Of a stretch of 64,000 nucleotides of DNA, positions 57,241 to 64,000 are shown in pieces. Source of the DNA: an uncultured Woeseiaceae bacterium. Its GTDB lineage: Bacteria; Pseudomonadota; Gammaproteobacteria; Steroidobacterales; Woeseiaceae. Position numbers and translations under genes: made by a program. The stretch covers positions 2,344-66,343 of the forward strand of contig CAZKZE010000005.1 in assembly GCA_964557165.1 (NCBI GenBank), given 5' to 3'. The notes beneath the pieces were generated by a model. That model saw nothing but the letters and a program-made list of their open reading frames with translations, was not told where the DNA came from and made no database searches. Numbering within the stretch: the stretch's first letter is position 1; each line of letters starts with the position of its first letter.

Positions 57241-57999
57241 TTATTGGATTTTTGTCCCGATACGTCCCCAATCCGGCATATTCCAGGGAATGAAGTGCAT
57301 CCAGACGCGGACGGCTTCGCCCACCAGGAATTCCTCAGGAATGGCGTTGATAAATCGACTGTCCTTGCTGCGGTCGCGGTTATCGCCCATGACGAAGTAG
57401 TGGCCCTCGGGGACGCGGTAGGTCCCATCGCGCGTCGAGTATTCCGGATCGTGAATCAGAATATCGTGTATGCGGCCATCCAGATCCTCGACAAAGACCG
57501 GAACCCTGCCGAACTCACGTTCGCCGTAGCTGAGGTCGATCATTTCCCCATTTATCTGCAATCGGTGGCGTTCGTAAACCACGGTATCACCGGGTAGCCC
57601 GACGACGCGCTTGATGTAATTGATGCTTGGATCAGACGGCAGGCGGAATACGATGACGTCGCCCCGGTTCGGGGAGCCAGTCTCGATGAACTTGGTCTCG
57701 GTGACCGGGAGGCGTAGACCGTACGCGTACTTCTTGACGAAGATGAAATCGCCTTCGACCAGCGTGGGCATCATCGAGCCCGATGGAATTCGAAATGGCT
57801 CGAAGATAAATGAGCGAATAACAAGGACAAACAACAACACCGGAAAAAACGATCGTGAGTACTCGACAAGAACGTCCCGGGCACCCGGCGCCTGTCGCGA
57901 ATCGGCCTCTTCGGTCTTCCACACAAGTTTGTCTATCGCTACCACGACACCCGAAACCAGTGTCAGCACCGTCAGTATCAATGCGAGATTAACGATCAA
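57241..57999 (-). CDS. lepB: signal peptidase I
   Basis: 252 aa. IPSGSMMPTL (catalytic Ser), YIKRVVGLPGD, GDNRDRSKDSRF. Confidence 0.93.
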   Translation of the reverse strand: MIVNLALILTVLTLVSGVVVAIDKLVWKTEEADSRQAPGARDVLVEYSRSFFPVLLFVLVIRSFIFEPFRIPSGSMMPTLVEGDFIFVKKYAYGLRLPVTETKFIETGSPNRGDVIVFRLPSDPSINYIKRVVGLPGDTVVYERHRLQINGEMIDLSYGEREFGRVPVFVEDLDGRIHDILIHDPEYSTRDGTYRVPEGHYFVMGDNRDRSKDSRFINAIPEEFLVGEAVRVWMHFIPWNMPDWGRIGTKIQ

Positions 58000-58021
58000 T
58001 ATTTCTACTCACTCTTACCGT

Positions 58022-59812
58022 CTATTTGTCCACACGTAGCACAGCGAGGAACGCCTCCTGTGGAATTTCCACAGACCCGACTTGTTTCATGCGCTTCTTG
58101 CCCGCTTTTTGTTTTTCGAGCAGCTTGCGCTTACGCGATACGTCACCGCCGTAGCATTTGGCGGTCACATTCTTACGTAGTGCCTTGACGTTGCCGCGGG
58201 CGATGATCTGGCTGCCAACAGCCGATTGAATCGCGACATCGAACATCTGTCGCGGAATCAATTCTCTCATCTTTTCGACCAGCTCGCGTCCACGAGTTCT
58301 CACTTTTTCCTTGTGAATAATCAGGGAAAGCGCGTCAACGCGGTCACCATTGATCAACACGTCGAGCCTGACGAGCTGCGCTGGCTCGAAACGCAGGAAA
58401 TGGTAATCGAACGACGCGTACCCGCGGCTAACCGATTTCAGGCGATCGAAGAAATCGAGGACCACCTCCGCCAGCGGCAACTCGTACTCGATCGACACCT
58501 GGCCGCCCAGATAACGCATGTGGGTTTGCGCACCGCGTTTCTCGATGCACAACTTGATGACCGCGCCGACATACGCTTCGGGTACGAGAATGTTGGCGGC
58601 AATGATTGGCTCTCGCAGCTCTTCTATCTCATTGGATGGCGGCAGCTTCGACGGATTGTCGATCTTCAGAATCTCTCCGCTCGTATCGACAACTTCGAAG
58701 ACTACAGTTGGGGCGGTTGTGATCAACTCGAGGTCGTACTCGCGCTCGAGTCGCTCCTGTACGATCTCCATATGCAGCATGCCGAGGAAGCCGCAGCGGA
58801 ATCCAAAGCCGAGTGCCGCTGACGTCTCTGGCTCGAAGTGCAATGCAGCATCGTTCAAGCGCAATTTTTGCAGCGCTTCGCGGAAGCTTTCATAGTCGTC
58901 TGAACTGATCGGAAACAGGCCGGCGAAGACGCGTGGCTGAACCTGCTTGAAGCCCGGCAAGGGTGTTTCGCAGGAATTCTTTGTCGTTGTCAGCGTGTCG
59001 CCGACTGGCGCCCCGTAAATGTCCTTGATCGCGGCTATGACAAAGCCGACCTCGCCGCTTGCGAGCACTTTGCGATCTTCCATCTTGGGCGTATAGACGC
59101 CAACGCGATCCGCATTGTAAGAGATCCCGGTCGACATGACCTTGATCTTGCTGCCTTTGACCAGGCTGCCGTTGACGACCCGGACGAGTGAGACCACGCC
59201 CACATAGTTGTCGAACCAGGAATCGATGATTAGTGCCTGCAAGGGACCTTCGGGCTCCCCGCCGGGCGGCGGAATCACCTCGACGATTTGCTCGAGAAGA
59301 TCAGGAACGCCGAGGCCCGTCTTGGCGCTGACCTGCAGCGCATCATGCGCCTCGATGCCGATGATATCCTCGATTTCCGCCACGACTTTCTCAGGATCCG
59401 CGGCCGGCAGGTCGATCTTGTTCAGAACCGGCACGACTTCGAGCCCTTGGTCGATCGCCGTAATGCAATTGGCGACACTTTGCGCCTCCACGCCCTGGGC
59501 CGCGTCAACGACCAGCAAGGCACCTTCGCAAGCGGCCAGCGAACGCGATACTTCGTAAGAAAAATCCACGTGTCCCGGCGTATCGATGAAGTTCAGCTGG
59601 TAGGTCTCGCCGTCGCGGGCCTGATAGTCCAGCGATACGCTCTGCGCCTTGATCGTGATACCACGCTCACGCTCGAGGTCCATTGAATCCAGGACCTGCT
59701 CGGCCATCTCGCGATCCGTCAGCCCACCGCAATGATGAATGAACCGGTCAGCCAGGGTCGACTTGCCGTGATCGATATGGGCGATGATCGAAAAGTTACG
59801 TATATGCTTCAT
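58022..59812 (-). CDS. lepA: elongation factor 4 (LepA)
   Basis: ORF 58022-60049; the conserved protein begins at ATG 59812 ([24 protein letters not shown]). [13 protein letters not shown]. LepA C-terminal domain. Confidence 0.95.
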   Translation of the reverse strand: MKHIRNFSIIAHIDHGKSTLADRFIHHCGGLTDREMAEQVLDSMDLERERGITIKAQSVSLDYQARDGETYQLNFIDTPGHVDFSYEVSRSLAACEGALLVVDAAQGVEAQSVANCITAIDQGLEVVPVLNKIDLPAADPEKVVAEIEDIIGIEAHDALQVSAKTGLGVPDLLEQIVEVIPPPGGEPEGPLQALIIDSWFDNYVGVVSLVRVVNGSLVKGSKIKVMSTGISYNADRVGVYTPKMEDRKVLASGEVGFVIAAIKDIYGAPVGDTLTTTKNSCETPLPGFKQVQPRVFAGLFPISSDDYESFREALQKLRLNDAALHFEPETSAALGFGFRCGFLGMLHMEIVQERLEREYDLELITTAPTVVFEVVDTSGEILKIDNPSKLPPSNEIEELREPIIAANILVPEAYVGAVIKLCIEKRGAQTHMRYLGGQVSIEYELPLAEVVLDFFDRLKSVSRGYASFDYHFLRFEPAQLVRLDVLINGDRVDALSLIIHKEKVRTRGRELVEKMRELIPRQMFDVAIQSAVGSQIIARGNVKALRKNVTAKCYGGDVSRKRKLLEKQKAGKKRMKQVGSVEIPQEAFLAVLRVDK

Positions 59813-59850
59813 TGACGGGGGGATTCTGGCACTCACGCTATGCACGCTGG

Positions 59851-60090
59851 CTAAATGCAGCCGCGGAGTATACCTGTAATCGCGTCGCGATCGAGAAAAT
59901 GCATGCACACCACCTCGCCTTCGTATTCCACGACAGGGATATCCATGAAGAATCGCTCGTGCCACTCCGAGCGGGTGTCGATATCGCGTACCTCCAACGT
60001 CAGTTTTCCCTGGATCATCGACAGCAGTTCCTCGATCAATACGTCGCACAGGTGGCAGCCCTGGCGACTGTAAACCGTCAACCTGGGCAT
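59851..60090 (-). CDS. glutaredoxin-like small protein (DUF836-like, CxxC)
   Basis: 79 aa. [19 protein letters not shown] ... [11 protein letters not shown]. Confidence 0.7.
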   Translation of the reverse strand: MPRLTVYSRQGCHLCDVLIEELLSMIQGKLTLEVRDIDTRSEWHERFFMDIPVVEYEGEVVCMHFLDRDAITGILRGCI

Positions 60091-60546
60091 TCAGTCACCT
60101 GCCGCCGCGACGCGGGCCGTCACGACCGGCGTGAAAGCGCGCAGGCAACTCGTGCGTTGCAGGCGCAAGCGCCCGGCCAACATGCCAACCCCGGCACCAG
60201 CAAGCGCTGCAATGGCGGCGCCAAGATCACCCATACCCGATAGCCAGGCCCCGGCAGCGCCGATCAGGGCGCCAAGCAACGGCAGTCCGTAGACGATCAA
60301 TGACGCGCGCAACAGGTTGTTCGGCGACAGTTCTATCTTCACCTGGTCCCCCTCGCCGAGGGCAAGGTCGCGCGCAATCAGCGCATCGACGCGGCGCGGC
60401 TTTTCGTCGCCACCGAGAAGCCCCGCGCCGCAGCCCTTGCCGGCTGCGCAGCGGGCACAGCGAATAGACGCCGCTACTTCAACCACAGCGTGAGGTGGCG
60501 AATCATTCAGGTGGATAGACAGAATTCGACCCAGGGGAGTATCCAT
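60091..60546 (-). CDS. rseC: RseC/MucC family (SoxR-reducing system) protein
   Basis: 151 aa. Cys-rich N-part ([11 protein letters not shown]) and two C-terminal TM segments. Follows rseB. Confidence 0.8.
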   Translation of the reverse strand: MDTPLGRILSIHLNDSPPHAVVEVAASIRCARCAAGKGCGAGLLGGDEKPRRVDALIARDLALGEGDQVKIELSPNNLLRASLIVYGLPLLGALIGAAGAWLSGMGDLGAAIAALAGAGVGMLAGRLRLQRTSCLRAFTPVVTARVAAAGD

Positions 60547-60570
60547 GGCCGAAGTTTACCGCAGCGAGGC

Positions 60571-61542
60571 TTAACGGAGGCTCATCGTTGTGGCGATTTG
60601 CTCAACCGTCATGGCCGGGACTTCACCGACAGCCGTGATCCGGTAACCGTCGATACTCGCACTGTATGAATTCGAACCACCGACACGCGACGGGCCCGCG
60701 GCAGTTGCCTGTTTCTGCTGAGTAACAAACACAGAGATATTGGCGAGGCCATCGCTGTAGAGGATGTGCGTCACAACTTCTTCATTGCCGGGCATGGTTT
60801 CGCCGTGAGTCGCGACGGCCCGGAAACCCGGCGGCAGGTCGGTGCTTTCCCAACGGGTCTCAATCTCGTGTTTCACATGCTGCGATGGCTGATTGAGCCA
60901 ACGGAAATTCTCGGTGCTGATCGACGGTGCGAGCGCGCTTGCGTGAATTTCCTTGTTCAGGCTGATATCGGCGAACTTGACCTGCTCGATGGCCGTTCCG
61001 TCCTCGCCGATCAGCTGCGTTTGCAACGGAAATGCCGTCTCCGTATCCAACCAGATTCGGTGTCCGTATCGATAGCCATCGTGTGGCCGAATCGCCAACA
61101 GGATCGTTCGCCGCCCCGCAACGCGGTCTTCCCGGACAATTGACACATCGTATTCGCTGCCGAATCGGACCCGGCTCGATGGGAGGGTCGAAAACAGCGT
61201 CGACTGATCGTCCCACTCCTCCACCAGGACCGACTTGCGGTCCGGAAGAATGCAATGAACTTCATTGCCGATACGAATAATCTCGAGGCCGTTGCCTTCC
61301 TGCGCTACGACCTTTTCGCGAATGACACCATCGGTCACGGTATGAACGACTTTGAGTGCTTCAGCCTTGCCATCCTGGATGCGGATGACGGTGCCCTGGT
61401 AACTCGTCTGTTGCACGGCTGCGCCCATGCGATTCAGCCAGTCATTCGGCTCGACGCGCTCAGCAACTGCGGCAGCACTGCACCCGAGCTGAGCCGCAAT
61501 GAATACCGGCCACAGCAGCGTGCTAAATCGCAAACCGCGCAT
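60571..61542 (-). CDS. rseB: sigma-E regulatory protein RseB/MucB
   Basis: 323 aa with a signal peptide. WLNRMGAAVQQTSYQGTVIRIQDGK is the typical MucB_RseB start. Confidence 0.88.
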   Translation of the reverse strand: MRGLRFSTLLWPVFIAAQLGCSAAAVAERVEPNDWLNRMGAAVQQTSYQGTVIRIQDGKAEALKVVHTVTDGVIREKVVAQEGNGLEIIRIGNEVHCILPDRKSVLVEEWDDQSTLFSTLPSSRVRFGSEYDVSIVREDRVAGRRTILLAIRPHDGYRYGHRIWLDTETAFPLQTQLIGEDGTAIEQVKFADISLNKEIHASALAPSISTENFRWLNQPSQHVKHEIETRWESTDLPPGFRAVATHGETMPGNEEVVTHILYSDGLANISVFVTQQKQATAAGPSRVGGSNSYSASIDGYRITAVGEVPAMTVEQIATTMSLR

Positions 61543-62147
61543 CAGGGCAGTGTCGCCGACTCGTCAGCCGCCTCTTCAGCAGCTTCTGTTTCGTCTGATT
61601 CTTCCCTGGGCAACGGGTCCTCACTGAGCCGCAATCCCACCAGGCGGGCGTTCATGCCATTGGCGCCCTGCTCTGCCGTTGAAGCTCCGTGGAGGCGGAG
61701 CATTTGTTCCAGTGGGTCATTGGCCTGCTGCGGTACTGTGTAGCCAGGTTCCTCAACGCTTTCGGCCACGGTCGTTCCATCTGCAACGCCGTTCGTCGAA
61801 TCGATACCAGGCGTCACTTGCAGCCCGAAAATGGCGATGAGCGCCACCGATGCGGCGACCGCGACTCCGACCAGCGGCCGCATCGAGCGACCCTTGGACT
61901 CCTCGGCCGGCACTTCTGCGTCGGCCAGTGGTTCATCATTAATGCCCGCGGCAATGCGCTCCTGCAGACGCTCGATACCGCGCACACTTGCTTCACCGCG
62001 CATGGCTCGACCGATCTCGAGGTACTCGGCAGCTTTTCTTCTGAGCTCTGCATCCTGGCTCATTCTGCGCAGAAGAAGATCCGCTTCGGCGTCAGGCAAT
62101 TCGCCATCGACAAACGCGGAAATCTGCATTCTTATTTGGTCATTCAT
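61542..62147 (-). CDS. rseA: anti-sigma-E factor RseA/MucA
   Basis: 201 aa. ISAFVDGELPDAEADLLLRRMSQDAELRRKAAEYLEIG N-domain and a central TM (LVGVAVAASVALIAIFGL). Confidence 0.8.
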   Translation of the reverse strand: MNDQIRMQISAFVDGELPDAEADLLLRRMSQDAELRRKAAEYLEIGRAMRGEASVRGIERLQERIAAGINDEPLADAEVPAEESKGRSMRPLVGVAVAASVALIAIFGLQVTPGIDSTNGVADGTTVAESVEEPGYTVPQQANDPLEQMLRLHGASTAEQGANGMNARLVGLRLSEDPLPREESDETEAAEEAADESATLP

Positions 62148-62180
62148 ACTCCACCCGCACGGGCCTTCCCGCCCTTGAGC

Positions 62181-62756
62181 TTATCGGGTCAACGGACCGA
62201 CTTTCTTACCAATCGCGTCTCGCGCCCTGAAAATTCTCGACCGTACAGTGCCCACCGGGCAATCCATGGTCTGAGCTATCTCTTCGTAACTCATGCCCTC
62301 CAGCTCTCGCAGGATGATCGCTGTCCTCAGATCTTCCGGCAGCGCTGCGATGGCACGCTCTACCACTTCTTTCAATTCATTCCCGAGCGTCAAGCCCTCG
62401 GGAGTGTCCGTTTCCTTGAGCTTCGCATGCAGGTCGTATTGTTCCGGATCCTGCATATCAAGCTCGACATCCATCGGCCTCCGCCGCTGCGCCGCAAGAT
62501 GGTTCTTCGCCGTGTTCACAGCGATTCGGTACATCCAGGTGTAGAAGGCACTGTCACCTCGAAATCGTGGTAGAGCCCTGTACGCCTTGATGAACGCTTC
62601 CTGGGTAATATCGAGCGCGAGCTCCGGATCCCGTACATATCGCATCACCAGGTTCACTATCTTGTGCTGGTATTTGAGTACCAGCAGATCAAACGCGCCC
62701 TTGTCACCTTTCTGGACTCGCTTGACCAGCTTCTTGTCAGACGACTGATTCGACAT
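62181..62756 (-). CDS. rpoE: RNA polymerase sigma-E (RpoE/AlgU)
   Basis: 191 aa. DKKLVKRVQKGDKGAFDLLVLKYQHKIVNLVMRYVRD, FRGDSAFYTWMYRIAVNTAKN, LRELEGMSYEEIAQTMDCPVGTVRSRIFRARDAI. Confidence 0.95.
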   Translation of the reverse strand: MSNQSSDKKLVKRVQKGDKGAFDLLVLKYQHKIVNLVMRYVRDPELALDITQEAFIKAYRALPRFRGDSAFYTWMYRIAVNTAKNHLAAQRRRPMDVELDMQDPEQYDLHAKLKETDTPEGLTLGNELKEVVERAIAALPEDLRTAIILRELEGMSYEEIAQTMDCPVGTVRSRIFRARDAIGKKVGPLTR

Positions 62757-62801
62757 TCAGGCTCGCTCGCCGGAAATTCCGTTCAGCCAGTCGACACCGG
62801 G

Positions 62802-62830
62802 ATAGACCGGCATAAGGGCGATAAGTTCTC
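62802..62830 (-). promoter_or_regulatory. candidate sigma-E-dependent autoregulated promoter of rpoE (GAGAACTT-N16-TCTAT)
   Basis: Read on the minus strand: GAACTT at 62828-62823, a 16-nt spacer, then TCTAT at 62806-62802, about 45 nt upstream of the rpoE ATG. Compare the E. coli/Pseudomonas consensus GGAACTT-N16-TCnnA. Confidence 0.5.
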
Positions 62831-62952
62831 GAATTTCTGCCTTATTCATCTTTATTCTGTGACGCCGTTCCGGCGTACTTCGGAAGATCGCCCTTGCAAC
62901 CGTCGTTGTTACGAATATTTCCTGATCTATGAGCATGTTAGCAGCTTCGTAT

Positions 62953-63399
62953 CTAAGCTCCAATGTGCCGCCAGATAACCTGCAGACGGCGCCAGTCCGT
63001 GCCCCGGCGGCCGTCGCCGCGCAGCAGCTCCCCGAGAATGAGTTTTCGCCCGGTCGGCAGTTCAAATGAGAGCCGAATCCAGCCCATTTTGCGCAGCAAC
63101 ACGCCACCCGACAGCAGGACAGCTGGCCGCCAGGTTTGCCCCGGGGCCAGAACGGCAATGGTCCCGTCCGCGAAGAATCGCAGCGCCTGGCAGGTGTTCC
63201 AGGCAAGACGTGCCCGTGACAGTTCGCGTATCGCCAGGGCGGCCCAGGTAAACACCGCTATTGCACGAATTTCCAACGCGATTGGCAGGATCTGGATCAG
63301 TGGAACGCCGACCAGCGCCAGCGCAACGCCGGACGCGAGGACAATCCGGCGCAAAACAGGGTCAGGACGAATTTCGGCGAAGTATGCGGTCGATGACAC
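62953..63399 (-). CDS. YgfX (CptA, DUF1434)-like inner-membrane protein
   Basis: 148 aa. Two N-terminal TM segments (IVLASGVALALVGVPLIQILP; AIAVFTWAALAI) then a basic soluble part ending DWRRLQVIWRH. Directly downstream of sdhE as ygfX is in E. coli. The start overlaps sdhE by 38 nt, so a later start is possible. Confidence 0.6.
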   Translation of the reverse strand: MSSTAYFAEIRPDPVLRRIVLASGVALALVGVPLIQILPIALEIRAIAVFTWAALAIRELSRARLAWNTCQALRFFADGTIAVLAPGQTWRPAVLLSGGVLLRKMGWIRLSFELPTGRKLILGELLRGDGRRGTDWRRLQVIWRHIGA

Positions 63400-63604
63400 G
63401 AGCGATCGGCTCCGAGGACGGCGTTTGCCGCTGCAACAGATAACCGTTCAACTCGGGATCAGCCAGCTCCAGAACTGCGCGAAATGCCTGTTTATCGTCT
63501 TCGCCGTCACCCGGGTAGCATTCCTCGAGGTAGCGCAGTAGCAGCTCGTCAAGCTCGCGCATGCCGCGTCGGCACTGCCACCTGAGTCGGGATTCTTCAG
63601 ACAT
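63362..63604 (-). CDS. sdhE: FAD assembly factor SdhE (YgfY/CptB)
   Basis: Internal ATG 63604 of ORF 63362-63619. RLRWQCRRGMRELDELLLRYLE ... DKQAFRAVLELADPELNGYLL, including the RGxxE motif. Confidence 0.88.
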   Translation of the reverse strand: MSEESRLRWQCRRGMRELDELLLRYLEECYPGDGEDDKQAFRAVLELADPELNGYLLQRQTPSSEPIARVIDRILRRNSS

Positions 63605-63643
63605 CAACGATACTTCCATAGGAGCGCGCCCCAGCGCGCGACA

Positions 63644-64000
63644 CTAATATTTGCGTTCCGCAAGCATCTTCTTGGTCTCGGCGATGGCCTGTGCCGGATT
63701 GAGCCCTTTTGGACAGGTCTGGGTGCAGTTCATGATCGTGTGGCAACGATATAGCCGGAACGGGTCCTCGAGTTCGTCGAGACGCTCACCCGTGGCCTCA
63801 TCGCGGCTATCGACGAGCCAGCGATAGGCGGCCAGCAAGGCGGCCGGCCCGAGATAGCGATCCGAATTCCACCAGTAGCTCGGACAACTTGTCGAACAAC
63901 AGGCACACAGGATGCATGCCGCCGGCTCATTGATGAGTTCCTGGTCTGCTTTCGACTGCAGCCGCTCCTGGTCAGGTGGCGGTGGCGTGCGCGCCTGGAG
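63644..64000 (-). CDS. sdhB: succinate dehydrogenase iron-sulfur subunit, 3' part (5' end beyond the right window edge)
   Basis: My reading of the open frame up to the window edge gives ...[78 protein letters not shown], the Fe-S cluster motifs of SdhB. Confidence 0.9.
   Translation of the reverse strand, partial: LQARTPPPPDQERLQSKADQELINEPAACILCACCSTSCPSYWWNSDRYLGPAALLAAYRWLVDSRDEATGERLDELEDPFRLYRCHTIMNCTQTCPKGLNPAQAIAETKKMLAERKY

Noticed and set aside
62757-62849. 30-codon upstream ORF (MNKAEIRELIALMPVYPGVDWLNGISGERA) whose TGA abuts the rpoE ATG; tail of ORF 62757-63206
   Set aside because: It has no Shine-Dalgarno. The candidate sigma-E promoter lies inside it, so the main transcript would not contain its start. 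The longer 149-aa version overlaps ygfX in another frame.

Overview
This is a chromosomal segment of a gammaproteobacterium with roughly 58-62% GC. Gene order resembles Pseudomonadales/Cellvibrionales and, in places, E. coli. Almost all of it is tightly packed housekeeping. In order: ftsK (5' part), trxB, a DUF482 FemAB-like gene coupled to aat, infA, clpA-clpS, and a partial type II secretion cluster gspCDEF. Then an SOS mutagenesis operon lexA-imuA-imuB-dnaE2 with two SOS boxes, and an OprI/Lpp-like lipoprotein convergent with an L,D-transpeptidase. Then yceD-rpmF-plsX-fabH, maf, rluC, rne, exbB-exbD-msbA-lpxK-kdsB-ptp, comEC, a lol operon, mfd, a csiV-like gene and a degenerate GGDEF protein. 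Finally an MTA/MTI phosphorylase, nagZ, rlmD, acpS-pdxJ-recO-era-rnc-lepB-lepA, rseC-rseB-rseA-rpoE and ygfX-sdhE-sdhB (partial). I recognised no rRNA, tRNA, CRISPR array, transposase or integrase. The most unusual locus is a lower-GC insertion of about 2 kb between maf and rluC (26323-28292). It is bracketed by two copies of the maf 3' end that differ only at synonymous sites. It carries a membrane-embedded AraC-type regulator plus two translationally coupled small membrane proteins of unknown family. The window also holds a family of nested palindromic repeats (core GGTGCCAGTCACC) sitting exactly on stop codons of convergent genes. All calls come from reading the sequence and ORF translations and from remembered family motifs; no searches were run.
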